Assembly: GCA_963677895.2 (NCBI GenBank)
Contig: CAXXGJ010000018.1
Span: 288,001 to 352,000, forward strand
Direction of reading: 5' to 3'
Length of the DNA stretch: 64,000 nucleotides
Source: Treponemataceae bacterium
GTDB taxonomy: Bacteria > Spirochaetota > Spirochaetia > Treponematales > Rectinemataceae
The notes under the pieces are model-generated. The model was not told the origin of the DNA. It did no database searches and saw only the letters and a program-made list of their open reading frames with translations. The translations under genes were made by a program, and so were the position numbers. Positions 28,536 through 38,655 of the stretch are shown piece after piece (the stretch's first letter is position 1; the number at the start of each line of letters is the position of its first letter).

Positions 28536-30113
28536 ATGCTTGATCTATTGATAAAGAACGCGGCGGTCATCGATGGCACCGGCGCGGACCGCGTGACGAG
28601 AGATGTCGGGATAAAAGATGGCCGATTCCGCCTCGATGGAATCGGGAACGCGGAAGCGGGGGAAACTATCGACGCCGACGGCTTGGCGCTGACTCCAGGA
28701 TTCATCGACGCGCATGGGCATACGGATCTCTTCGCGTGGGTCGAGCCGCTGTGCTCGGCCAAACTCCGCCAGGGCATCACCACCGAGATAGCCGGCCAAT
28801 GCGGCATGTCTCCCGCCCCGGTCAGCGCGGAGTTTCAGCCTGTATATCGCCTGTATTATGAAAGCCAGGGCGCGCCGATCTATCCTGACCATACGGAACT
28901 CACATCGGTCGCCGCCCTCATGGACAGGCTGGAATCGCTGAAACTCGGTATCAATCTGGCGGTATTCGCGGCCCAAGGCACGCTTCGCATCGCGGCGATG
29001 GGCTTGAATCCCGCCAAACCGGACAGAGCCCAAATGGATCGCATGCGGGCGCAGGCCCGGGAGGCGATGCAGGCCGGCGCATTGGGAATATCCAGCGGCC
29101 TCATGTATCCCCCCGGTTCCTTTTCGGACGAGGACGAACTCGCGGCGCTCTGCGAAGCGATCGCCCCTTACGACGGCATCTATACTTCCCACATACGCAA
29201 TCAGGGAAACCAGCTCGCGCGAAGCGTCGAGGAAACGCTCTCCATCGCCCGCAGGGCGGGGATAAGCGCGAATATTTCGCATCATAAGGCCGCGGGCAAA
29301 GCCAACTGGGGGAAAGTGGCGGAGACAATTCGCATGATCCATGAAGAAGGGAACGCGACCCACGATGTATATCCCTATACGGCCAGCTCAACCTCCCTCT
29401 CTGCCACGCTCCCCCCTGCCTGCATGAAGGAAGGAATCGAAAAGCTGATCATTCACCTCGGAGATCCGTCCTATCTGCGGGAGCTTGAGAATAGGATATT
29501 CCAGCCTTACGAAGAATGGGACAACGACCTGATGGAATGCGGTTATGACGGCATCCTGGTCATCGACGCTCCCCTGACCGCCGACGCGCCGGGGCTCACT
29601 ATCGCGCAGTACGCGGCTAAATGGGCTATGAGGCCCTTCGACGCGTATATCCATCTCCTGCGCGAGAACCGCCTTCGCGTCAACGATGTGTGCTTCTCGA
29701 TGTCGCAGGCCGATGTGGACACCCTGATCGGCGATCCGTTGTGCATGTTCGGGACGGACTCGCTCTATGTGCCTGGAATGAAGATGACGCACCCTCGGGC
29801 AATCGGTACCTTCCCGCGAATTCTGGGGAGAAGCGTCAGGGAGCAAAAACTCATCACTCTTGAAGAAGCGATACGCAAGATGACCAGCCTGCCGGCGAAG
29901 CGCTATGGCCTATCGGGGAAAGGCATCATCGCGGAGGGGGCCGACGCGGATATGGTCCTGTTCGATCCGAAAACCGTCATGGATCGCGCCGACTATACTT
30001 CCCCTCTTGCCGAAAATGCGGGAATAGCGGGAGTGTATGTGGGAGGAATGCTCGCGGTGGATCATGGAACGCCAACCGGAGCGCGCAACGGACATGTGCT
30101 GAGAAAAGGCTGA
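28536..30113 (+). CDS. N-acyl-D-amino acid deacylase (amidohydrolase)
   Basis: PGFIDAHGH, GQCG, SSGLMYPPG, SHIR, ISHHK, DVYPY, GTD, HPRAIGTFPR. Confidence 0.9.
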   Translation: MLDLLIKNAAVIDGTGADRVTRDVGIKDGRFRLDGIGNAEAGETIDADGLALTPGFIDAHGHTDLFAWVEPLCSAKLRQGITTEIAGQCGMSPAPVSAEFQPVYRLYYESQGAPIYPDHTELTSVAALMDRLESLKLGINLAVFAAQGTLRIAAMGLNPAKPDRAQMDRMRAQAREAMQAGALGISSGLMYPPGSFSDEDELAALCEAIAPYDGIYTSHIRNQGNQLARSVEETLSIARRAGISANISHHKAAGKANWGKVAETIRMIHEEGNATHDVYPYTASSTSLSATLPPACMKEGIEKLIIHLGDPSYLRELENRIFQPYEEWDNDLMECGYDGILVIDAPLTADAPGLTIAQYAAKWAMRPFDAYIHLLRENRLRVNDVCFSMSQADVDTLIGDPLCMFGTDSLYVPGMKMTHPRAIGTFPRILGRSVREQKLITLEEAIRKMTSLPAKRYGLSGKGIIAEGADADMVLFDPKTVMDRADYTSPLAENAGIAGVYVGGMLAVDHGTPTGARNGHVLRKG

Positions 30114-30192
30114 TTTACTAGTTTCCCGCCCTTCCATTGTGGAATACAATGCGTACTCGCAGTATGTATCGCCATGGAAGAGGTGTGGAAAC

Positions 30193-31680
30193 GTGCCATT
30201 TCACTATGATGTCCTGATAATCGGCGGAGGCGTCGTCGGATGCGCCATCGCCAGGGAGTTGTCGCGCTTTCAGGTTAGGACCGCGGTCATCGAGAAAGAA
30301 CTGGATGTCGGGTTCGGAACGAGCTGCCGCAACAGCGGCGTCCTTCATGCCGGCTTCAACTATACCCCGGGAACGCTTCGGGCTTTTCTCTGCGTGAAGG
30401 GAAATGCCCTCATGGATGAGCTTTGCCGCGATCTCAAGGTGAAGATCCGACGGATCGGCAAGCTGACCGTGGCTCTCGACAAGGACGACGAAGCGACGCT
30501 CCATCGTCTCAAAACGCAAGGGGATGCCAACGGGGTTCCGGGTCTCGAACTCATCGGCGAAACGCGGATGCGGACGATCCAGCCCGGGGTGGAGGGCGCT
30601 CTTGCCCTGTATTCTCCTTCCAGCTCAATAATATCGCCCTATGCCCTCACCATCGGCCTGGCGGAAAACGCGCTCGACAATGGCGCGCATTTCCATCTTG
30701 GACAGGAGGTTGTCTCCATGGCGCGGTTGCCCGGATCGGGCTGGCGCGTAGGGACAGCTTCCGGCGACAGCTTTACGGCTAAAGTGATCGTCAACGCGGC
30801 GGGGCTCTATGCCGCGGAGGTCTGCGGCATGGCAGGCATCCTGGATTATCATATCTATCCTTGCCGGGGCGAATACTATGTCCTGGACAAGCGGCTCAAC
30901 GGAACGCTCAGCGCGCTTATCTATCCCGCTCCGAAGAAAAATTCCCCCGGACTTGGAATTCATCTCACGCCCACGGTGGACGGCAACATCCTCATCGGCC
31001 CCAGCGCCCAATACCTGGACGATCCCGCTGATTACGGATGCAGCGCCTGTGTCATGGAAGACCTTCGCCGCGAAGGGCAGAACCTTATGCCCGAAATACG
31101 AGTGACCGACTACATCCGCAGCTTTTCAGGCAACCGCGCCAAGCGTACGCCGCCTTCGGTCGGCGGGAACGCGGACTTCGTAATCGAAGACCGAAGGGAC
31201 AATGAGGGGTTCATCAACCTGTTGGGGATCGAAAGCCCCGGCTTGACCTCCTCTCCCGCCATCGCCCTGATGGTGAGGGATATGGTGGAAAAGCATGTCG
31301 CGCTGCGGCCTAATCCTTCCTTTAATCCGCTGCGGCGGGGCAACGCGCTCTTCTTCTCCGAGCTTCCTTCGGAGGAAAAGGCAGACCTCATAGCGAAAAA
31401 CCCCAATTATGGCGAGATCGTATGCCGCTGCGAGAAAATCACGAAACAGGAAATACTCGACGCGATACAAAATCCTCTTGGCGCCCGCACGCTCGCGAGC
31501 ATCAAGTACCGCGCCCGCGCGTCGATGGGGCGCTGCCAGGGCGGCTTCTGCATCCCCCGGATCGCCCGGATACTCCGCGACGAGTTTGGCTTCAGACCCG
31601 AGGATTTCCTGAAGAGCGGGGCAAGTTCCCCGCTCTTCGTGGGGAATGCGCGGCCCGCGGAAACGGGGGCTCACCGATGA
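30193..31680 (+). CDS. FAD-dependent oxidoreductase, glycerol-3-phosphate/L-2-hydroxyglutarate dehydrogenase-like, with BFD [2Fe-2S] domain
   Basis: IIGGGVVG, NSGVLHAG, IESPGLTSSPA, CRCE...GRCQGGFC. Confidence 0.9.
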   Translation: MPFHYDVLIIGGGVVGCAIARELSRFQVRTAVIEKELDVGFGTSCRNSGVLHAGFNYTPGTLRAFLCVKGNALMDELCRDLKVKIRRIGKLTVALDKDDEATLHRLKTQGDANGVPGLELIGETRMRTIQPGVEGALALYSPSSSIISPYALTIGLAENALDNGAHFHLGQEVVSMARLPGSGWRVGTASGDSFTAKVIVNAAGLYAAEVCGMAGILDYHIYPCRGEYYVLDKRLNGTLSALIYPAPKKNSPGLGIHLTPTVDGNILIGPSAQYLDDPADYGCSACVMEDLRREGQNLMPEIRVTDYIRSFSGNRAKRTPPSVGGNADFVIEDRRDNEGFINLLGIESPGLTSSPAIALMVRDMVEKHVALRPNPSFNPLRRGNALFFSELPSEEKADLIAKNPNYGEIVCRCEKITKQEILDAIQNPLGARTLASIKYRARASMGRCQGGFCIPRIARILRDEFGFRPEDFLKSGASSPLFVGNARPAETGAHR

Positions 31681-32939
31681 ACAAAATAACATCAGCCATC
31701 AGGGCTGAAAGCAGAGAGGTCGTGGTGATCGGCGGAGGCCCCGCGGGCCTCGCCGCGGCGATCGCCGCCAGGGAAGCGGGCTGCCGGGACGTTCTCCTCA
31801 TCGAACGCGACCGTCTCCTCGGCGGGATCCTGAACCAGTGCATCCACGATGGTTTCGGTCTGCTGACCTTCAAGGAAGCCCTCTCGGGTCCTGAATACGC
31901 GTCCCGCTTCATCGACAGGTTCGATGAGCTGGGCATAGAGGCGAAACTGGGAACCATCGTCCTTTCTCTTTCATCCGACCGAATCCTCGAAGTGAGCGCG
32001 AGAGGCGGCTACGAGCGCATCGAAGCCAAGGCCGTGGTGCTTGCCATGGGCTGCAGGGAGCGCGCGAGAGGAGCCATCTCCATCCCGGGGGACAGGCCGT
32101 CGGGAGTAATCACCGCCGGGGCGGCCCAGAACCTCATGAATATCGAAAACATCATGGTGGGAAAGAACGTCGCCATTCTGGGTTCGGGCGATATCGGCCT
32201 CATCATGGCGCGTCGCATGACCCTCGAGGGCGCCCATGTCCAGGCTGTTTTCGAGATACTTCCTTATTCCAGCGGACTTCCCCGGAACATTCAGCAGTGC
32301 CTGAACGACTACGATATCCCTCTCTTCCTGAACACCACGGTGACCGAAATCCGCGGCGAGGGGAGGCTCGAAGGCGTAAAAGTAGCCCAGGTGGGGCAAG
32401 ACAGATCGCCCATTCCCGAAACGGAACGCTATGTGCCCTGCGACACGCTGCTACTTTCGGTAGGTCTCATTCCCGAGAACGAACTGACAAGGGAAGCGGG
32501 CATCGTCATGGACGCCGTGACGAACGGCGCGCGCGTGAATGACGATTTCATGACGAGCGCGCCAGGAATTTTTGCCTGCGGGAACGTGCTTCATGTCCAT
32601 GATCTTGTGGACTGGGTTTCGGTGGAAGCGGCGGAAGCCGGACGCCGCGCCGCCTTCTTCGCCGCGAGCGAAAAGAGCGGATCTTCGCGAAACATTCCCG
32701 TAAAGCCGGGGAATGGCGTCCGCTATGCCCTGCCGCAGAGCGTTTCGGGCGAAGAGGATTTCACCCTTTCGCTTCGCGTGACGGCGCCTTGGCGGGACAG
32801 GGCCGTAGTCGTCAGGAGCGGAGAGAAAATAGTGGCGCGAAAAATGGCCAGGCGACTTCATCCAGCCGAGATGATGCGGATCGAGGTCGAGAAAAAGAAT
32901 CTGGCCGGCTGTTACTGCCTGGAGGTGACGCTGGAATGA
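31677..32939 (+). CDS. NAD(P)/FAD-dependent oxidoreductase
   Basis: GGGPAG, GGILNQCIH, GSGDIG, GNVLHVHDLVD. Confidence 0.9.
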   Translation: MNKITSAIRAESREVVVIGGGPAGLAAAIAAREAGCRDVLLIERDRLLGGILNQCIHDGFGLLTFKEALSGPEYASRFIDRFDELGIEAKLGTIVLSLSSDRILEVSARGGYERIEAKAVVLAMGCRERARGAISIPGDRPSGVITAGAAQNLMNIENIMVGKNVAILGSGDIGLIMARRMTLEGAHVQAVFEILPYSSGLPRNIQQCLNDYDIPLFLNTTVTEIRGEGRLEGVKVAQVGQDRSPIPETERYVPCDTLLLSVGLIPENELTREAGIVMDAVTNGARVNDDFMTSAPGIFACGNVLHVHDLVDWVSVEAAEAGRRAAFFAASEKSGSSRNIPVKPGNGVRYALPQSVSGEEDFTLSLRVTAPWRDRAVVVRSGEKIVARKMARRLHPAEMMRIEVEKKNLAGCYCLEVTLE

Positions 32940-33313
32940 GCGCGAAAGAATTTACCTGCGTAGTATGTCCCAACGGCTGTTCCATCGTCGTCGACATCGA
33001 TGACGATGAAACGCCCATCGTGACGGGGATTCAAGGGAATACCTGCAAAAGGGGCGCCGAATGGGCGCGTCAGGAAGTTGAAAACCCGATGCGGACCATA
33101 GCGTCCAGCGTCCCCGTTCGCGGCGGGGATTTCCCGCTCGCCAGCGTTCGGACGAATCGACCCATACCTTTGGCGAAAATTCGGCGAGTCATGGAGGAAA
33201 TCCGAAAAATCTCCGTGAACGCGCCGGTGGCCATAGGCGATGTCGTCATCGCGCGGCCGGCCGGCTGCGATACGGAGATCGTAGTCACCAGAAACGTCAG
33301 ATCTTCTTCTTAA
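32936..33313 (+). CDS. DUF1667 domain protein
   Basis: CVVCPNGC...GNTCKRG; usual third gene of this triplet. Confidence 0.85.
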   Translation: MSAKEFTCVVCPNGCSIVVDIDDDETPIVTGIQGNTCKRGAEWARQEVENPMRTIASSVPVRGGDFPLASVRTNRPIPLAKIRRVMEEIRKISVNAPVAIGDVVIARPAGCDTEIVVTRNVRSSS

Positions 33314-34277
33314 GGCTTCCGCCCTTGATCGCGTCTATCGATACCGAGATGATGAGCACGGAACCGATGACGACCTGCTGCCAGAACGAAGGGATGTTGA
33401 GCATAACCATGCCATTGTTCAGGGTGCAGAGCACGAGGACGCCGAAGAGGGTGCCCAGGATGGTGCCCCGACCGCCGGCGAGCCCGGCGCCTCCCAGAAT
33501 GACGGCCGACAGGGCCTGCATATTGATCTCGCCGGCGGCCTGCGGCAGAGCGGCGCCAGTCTGAGCCGAAAGCAGAAGGGCCGCGATTCCGGCCATGAGA
33601 CCATGGATCATGTACAGGGTAGCTTTGATCCGATTCACCTTTACGCCCGCGAGGAAGCTGGCTTGAGGATTGCCGCCCACCATGTAGATAGTCCGTCCGA
33701 ACACGGTCCGGCGCCCGATCACCGAGAAGATGATGTAGCAGACAAGCATGATTACCAATGACAGCGGGATGCTCCCGAAGAGCCGATGCCGCCCGATGTA
33801 CTGGAACACCGGATCCGACAGGACGTATGAGCTGCCGTCGTTGATGAGGTAGCAGATGCCGCGCATGATCTGCATGGAGGCGAGAGTGGTTATGAAGGGA
33901 TTCAGCTTCAAGACGGTGATGAAGAAGCCGTTGAAAGCCCCGAAGAGAAGGCCCGCGGCAAGCGATATCGGAATGACGGCCGCGATGGGAAGGTGGTAAT
34001 CGACCATCATCTTCCCCGCGATCATGCCAATGACAGCGATTTGGGAGCCCACCGACAGGTCGATGCAGCCGGACACGTTGATGAAGGTCATGCTGCAGGC
34101 GACCGTGCCCATGATGGCCGCGTAGAGGCCTATGTTCAGCAGGTTTCTGGTTGAAAGGAAATGGGGCGAAGTCAGGGAGAAGAAGACCATGAGAAGGGTG
34201 AGCGCCCCGATGACCGTTATCATCGACGAAGCGTTGTCGGAGGATAGATATCGCTTGATTCTTTCGGAAAACGTCAT
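33297..34277 (-). CDS. Sugar ABC permease
   Basis: IDLSVGS, FITTLA, FGRTIYMVGGN, ILGG. Confidence 0.92.
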   Translation of the reverse strand: MTFSERIKRYLSSDNASSMITVIGALTLLMVFFSLTSPHFLSTRNLLNIGLYAAIMGTVACSMTFINVSGCIDLSVGSQIAVIGMIAGKMMVDYHLPIAAVIPISLAAGLLFGAFNGFFITVLKLNPFITTLASMQIMRGICYLINDGSSYVLSDPVFQYIGRHRLFGSIPLSLVIMLVCYIIFSVIGRRTVFGRTIYMVGGNPQASFLAGVKVNRIKATLYMIHGLMAGIAALLLSAQTGAALPQAAGEINMQALSAVILGGAGLAGGRGTILGTLFGVLVLCTLNNGMVMLNIPSFWQQVVIGSVLIISVSIDAIKGGSLKKKI

Positions 34278-34308
34278 TCATTCCCGCCTTATGTTAAAAA
34301 AGAGTTGT

Positions 34309-35826
34309 CTAGCCGCCTATGGCCAGCCGGAGGACTTGTTCCTGGGTTGTCTCTTTCGCGTTCAGGATTCCCATGACCTTGCCTTCGTGCATCACCATGA
34401 TCTCATCGCTCATGTTGAGAAGCTCCGGCATCTCGGAGGTTATCATGATGACGCACTTGCCGAGCGCGCAGAGATCCTGGAGAAGTCGATAAATCTCCGC
34501 CTTGGCGCCGACGTCGATGCCTCGTGTCGGTTCGTTCAGGATGAGGACCGCTGGCTCCAGCTCGAGCCAGCGCGCCAGGACGACCTTCTGTTGATTGCCT
34601 CCCGAAAGGGACTCGGCGGCCGTTTCCCCGGAGGGTGTCTTCACGCTCAGATTCCCGATCCATTTAGCGCTGATGCTCTGTTCCAGGACCTTATCGATGA
34701 ATTTCCGCTTATGGAGGGCATAGTACGAAATCATGATGTTGCTCTTCACCGAAGCGTTCAGGACAAGACCTTCGATTTTCCGCTCCGCCGGAACATAGGC
34801 GATGCCTGCCTTCAAGGCTTCCAGGGGATTGGTGATCTTCATGGCCACGCCGTCGACCTTGATCTCGCCTTGGGCGTAATTCATCTGGCCGAAGACCGTC
34901 GGACCTACCTCGAGATGTCCCGATCCCAAAAGACCATATATCCCGAAAATCGTTCCCTTGCGCGCCTTGAAGCTCAAATCCCGGAAAGCATCGCTGGTGA
35001 GGTTCGCGACCTCGAGGGCCACGTCGCCCGCGACAGCCTCCCGCTTTGGGTACATGACGGATAGGTTTCTGCCCACCATCATGGAGATGAGCGTTTCCCG
35101 TGTCGCGTCGCGGATATCCACCTGACCGGTCACGATTCCGTCCCTGAGCACGACCACGCGGTCGGCCAGCCGGAACAGCTCGTCCAGTTTATGGGAGATG
35201 TATATGACGGCCACGCCCATGGACGCCATCCGATCCACCAGCTCGAAAAGCCGTTCCGTCTCCACGTCGTTGAGCGAACTTGTCGGTTCGTCGAGTATCA
35301 GGACTTTGACCTCCTCGGCCATTACCTTGGCTATTTCGATGAGCTGTTTCTGGGCGACCGTGCACTTGCCGAGCAGCATCCGGGGATCCAGGTCCAGCCC
35401 GATCCGGGCCATGATCTCCTTGGCCTCCCGCTCGAGCCTTTTCTGGTCCACGAAAGGGCCGTGCCTGGGCAGGTTGCTCATGAAAATATTCTCGGCCACG
35501 GAAATGCTCGGGACGTAGTTGAGTTCCTGGTGGACCACCCCTATACCCGCCGACCTGGCGTCCATGGGGATCTCGAAGACGCGAACTTGGCCGTCGAGCT
35601 CGAGCTGTCCGGCATCGCATTGATATACCCCGCAAAGTATCTTGATCAATGTCGATTTGCCCGCTCCGTTCTCCCCGAGCAAAGCCACGACCTCTCCCTT
35701 CCTGACGTTGAAATCCACCTTCGTGAGGGCTTTTACCCCCGGGAAAGACTTGCTGACGCCGATCGCCCGGAGAACTATCGCCGCACCGTCAAGGTTCCTT
35801 TTCTGCACCACAACCGCTCCTGCCAT
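34309..35826 (-). CDS. Sugar ABC ATP-binding protein
   Basis: GENGAGKST, LSGGNQQK; the ORF-track extension to 36150 overlaps the SBP gene, so the start is placed near 35826. Confidence 0.92.
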   Translation of the reverse strand: MAGAVVVQKRNLDGAAIVLRAIGVSKSFPGVKALTKVDFNVRKGEVVALLGENGAGKSTLIKILCGVYQCDAGQLELDGQVRVFEIPMDARSAGIGVVHQELNYVPSISVAENIFMSNLPRHGPFVDQKRLEREAKEIMARIGLDLDPRMLLGKCTVAQKQLIEIAKVMAEEVKVLILDEPTSSLNDVETERLFELVDRMASMGVAVIYISHKLDELFRLADRVVVLRDGIVTGQVDIRDATRETLISMMVGRNLSVMYPKREAVAGDVALEVANLTSDAFRDLSFKARKGTIFGIYGLLGSGHLEVGPTVFGQMNYAQGEIKVDGVAMKITNPLEALKAGIAYVPAERKIEGLVLNASVKSNIMISYYALHKRKFIDKVLEQSISAKWIGNLSVKTPSGETAAESLSGGNQQKVVLARWLELEPAVLILNEPTRGIDVGAKAEIYRLLQDLCALGKCVIMITSEMPELLNMSDEIMVMHEGKVMGILNAKETTQEQVLRLAIGG

Positions 35827-35929
35827 TCGACTTTGTCTCGATTCCACGCATCTGCGCAGGCGCCCCGGCTGTACAGCCGGGGCGCCGATGCCGTCCATCC
35901 AAGAGTATAGAATGGACGGCCTATCCTTG

Positions 35930-36916
35930 CTACTTGAGATTATTCCAGGGAAGGTTGTCCAGGGGATAGTACTTCTTGATATTGTCCCAGCTGACCGGCT
36001 CGTGCTGGATGAAATAGGTCGCTTCGGTTTTAGCCTTGGCCACCATCTTGTCCAGTATCTGGAATATCCATTCGCCGTAGCGGTTGGGGAAGAAGCCGAT
36101 GCTGGCGATCCAGTTGGTCTTGCCTTCCTTGGCGTACAGAGCCTCGACAAATTCTCTCGCGGAATTCTGCGAGACGATGACTACCTCTTTTGTCCTTCCG
36201 GCGATCTCGGCGGCCGAATAGGCGCCGTTGGCGTACAAGTCGTTCATGGAAGCCACCGCGATGCGCGTGGAGGCCGGGTGCGCCATGAGGAAATCGGAGA
36301 ACATCTGCTGCATCCTGGCTACGTCGCCTGAGGTGTCGAGCACGGTGATCTGGTTGGCGTTCACCTGGATGCCCTTGTTGCGCAGACCGTCGACGAACTT
36401 GTGCACGCGCGGAGCCACGGTCGCGCCGGACATGGCCTGGGCGAGGAGGACCACGTTATCCACCTGTCCTTTCCAATTCTTGTTGATCCAATCGCCGGCG
36501 AATTCGCCGCCGAGCGTGCCGGCGCGGATGTTGTCGGCCCCGAAGTAGATGGCGCCTGGATGCGGGATGTCGACCGCTATGACAGGTATCTTGGCCGCGT
36601 TGAATTTCTCCATGATGACGGGGGCGACTGAACCGTCAACATTGAATTCGATCATGTAGTCGATCTGCTGGGTGATGAGGTCGTCGGCGTTGCGCACCGC
36701 TGTCGCCCCATCCGAAGCGTTGTCCAGGCTGACGATGTCCCAACCGCGCTTCTTGGCTTCGACCTCAATGCCGTTGCGCACCATCTTGGTGAACGCCGAC
36801 CTCTCGTTGATGTTCGCGAACCCGATCTTGATTCGCTTGGTCGCCTTGGCCTGGCTGTAACCCATCGTCCCCAGGGCCAGCATCGCCACCGCGAAAACCG
36901 CTAATACTTTTCTCAT
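35930..36916 (-). CDS. Sugar ABC substrate-binding protein
   Basis: Signal peptide; PVIAVDIPHPGAIYFGADN. Confidence 0.92.
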   Translation of the reverse strand: MRKVLAVFAVAMLALGTMGYSQAKATKRIKIGFANINERSAFTKMVRNGIEVEAKKRGWDIVSLDNASDGATAVRNADDLITQQIDYMIEFNVDGSVAPVIMEKFNAAKIPVIAVDIPHPGAIYFGADNIRAGTLGGEFAGDWINKNWKGQVDNVVLLAQAMSGATVAPRVHKFVDGLRNKGIQVNANQITVLDTSGDVARMQQMFSDFLMAHPASTRIAVASMNDLYANGAYSAAEIAGRTKEVVIVSQNSAREFVEALYAKEGKTNWIASIGFFPNRYGEWIFQILDKMVAKAKTEATYFIQHEPVSWDNIKKYYPLDNLPWNNLK

Positions 36917-36973
36917 CGTTTCCTCCTTCGAATGATATGGCGCCCGCCTCCTGCGCGGCAGGCGCCGGAATGC

Positions 36974-38434
36974 CTAGTCATTGGATATCCGGGCGTAGTC
37001 GATCCCAAGCGCCTCGGCTACCTTCACCAACTCGTCGCCATGGTGCCCGATGCCCAAGGCGAAGTGGTGGGTCGGGCCCTCGGCCGTCCACCGCTTGAGA
37101 AAGGTCTTCAGATCAGGCTTGAAATAGCCGTGCGTGTTCGTGTTTCCCGTAGGAGGGATCGCCCCTTGGAGGGATTCTCCCTCGGCGATGACGAACTTGA
37201 GCCCTCCCTCTGCGTTCACGGTGACGCTCAGCATGGTGAGGGGGCCTTCCTTGATTTTGAACTCCACCCCAGCCCCGCTGCCAGGCTTGCCGTGATACTT
37301 GCTCAAGGACCTGAGCACCGGCTTGCTGTCAGCGATGTTCAGGTGGTGGGGACCATCGTGCCCCACCAGGATGGATCCCGTGTTGAAGTCCAGGGGGTGG
37401 AATTCGGCGAAGCTTCCGCCAATTTCCAGCCTGTCCATGATGAGCATGGCCACGCAGGTTTTCAGGTCGAACTCGCCGCACATCGGGAAGCCCGCCGCGG
37501 TGAGAAGGGAGTTGCCGACGATGAAATTCGTCACCATCGTGCGCAGATCGGAACCTGCCTCGCCCTCGTAATAATAGGCGAGTCCCGTGAGATCCAGCTC
37601 GTCGATGGCCATTTCCAGAGCCACAGCGGCCTTGGACGCCACCGTAAGATCGGTTTCCGCGAGCGTGGAGGTCAATATATCCGAGACTGGCTCCGGCGTG
37701 TCGAAGAAGGAAAGAATCCGTTCCCTCATGGCCGCGAGATCCGTACCGCCCAGACGAGTGTAATGTTTGAAGATATCCTCTGGCTCGACCTGCACCACAT
37801 GACAGCCGAAGGTGCGCGTCATGAGCGTGGGATCCACGTGCATATCGTACATGCATTCGAGGACATGGCCCATGAGCCCGATCCGGGCATTCTTCAGATC
37901 GTGAAGCACATGGGCGATCCTGCACCACGAGCGGATCTCTTCGTCGGCCTCTTCGTCTCCTTCCCTGAGCCCGATGACGAGGGGAGGGGTCTTCTTCCCC
38001 ATCCGGACCGCGACGGAGCAGAATTCGGGGACCGAGCAGAAATCGTCGTTGCAGAGCTGCATGAAGGTTGTGCCGCGCGCGTACTCCATAGCCTTGAGGG
38101 GTTGAAGGACCACGAGGACGATAGGTATGTTCAAGGCCTGGACCAGCGGCGCGAAGGTGGCCGACGTCGCGTAGGTCACCATATCGATGAAGAGCAGGTC
38201 GAGATCGGCCTTCCTGATTTCCTCGAGAGCGCGATACGCGGTCCGGGAATCGTCGATCAAACCGAAGTCATTGATTTCCACGGCGCAGCCTTCCAGCTTG
38301 AGCTTGAAGGCTGCCGTCTTCTGGACCATCACTTCGCGCAGTCCCTCGAATTGTTCCCAATATGTATGGTGTCCCACGCCCAACACACCGACGCGGGCGT
38401 AGAGCGGTCTTCTTCGTTCAATGATCATGGTCAC
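36974..38434 (-). CDS. L-fucose/L-arabinose isomerase family protein
   Basis: CGEFD, FAEFH, GHDGPHH, GPTHHFALG. Confidence 0.85.
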   Translation of the reverse strand: MTMIIERRRPLYARVGVLGVGHHTYWEQFEGLREVMVQKTAAFKLKLEGCAVEINDFGLIDDSRTAYRALEEIRKADLDLLFIDMVTYATSATFAPLVQALNIPIVLVVLQPLKAMEYARGTTFMQLCNDDFCSVPEFCSVAVRMGKKTPPLVIGLREGDEEADEEIRSWCRIAHVLHDLKNARIGLMGHVLECMYDMHVDPTLMTRTFGCHVVQVEPEDIFKHYTRLGGTDLAAMRERILSFFDTPEPVSDILTSTLAETDLTVASKAAVALEMAIDELDLTGLAYYYEGEAGSDLRTMVTNFIVGNSLLTAAGFPMCGEFDLKTCVAMLIMDRLEIGGSFAEFHPLDFNTGSILVGHDGPHHLNIADSKPVLRSLSKYHGKPGSGAGVEFKIKEGPLTMLSVTVNAEGGLKFVIAEGESLQGAIPPTGNTNTHGYFKPDLKTFLKRWTAEGPTHHFALGIGHHGDELVKVAEALGIDYARISND

Positions 38435-38655
38435 TCCTACTCGACTGTGATACTGATACTAAGCCCTTGCCGGAAAAAGCGTCAAATGAAATTCGTACAC
38501 TCAACTTGCGATTAGGTTGTAATTTAATAATTTTAAATATATATAATAAAAAGATATAAAAAATATATTACAATTAGTATCAAAAAAATTAGCATCTAGG
38601 TTGCGTGGTGGTTTTAATATTGCATTTTACCGAAAACGCCATTACACTCGGGACA

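Noticed and set aside
33297..33313. 17-bp tail-to-tail overlap of DUF1667 and permease genes
   Set aside because: Short convergent overlaps are common and both proteins look complete
35827..36150. N-terminal extension of the ABC ATPase in the ORF track (similar over-extensions at 13902, 31422, 32789 and 42320)
   Set aside because: Overlaps the upstream gene; downstream starts match family lengths
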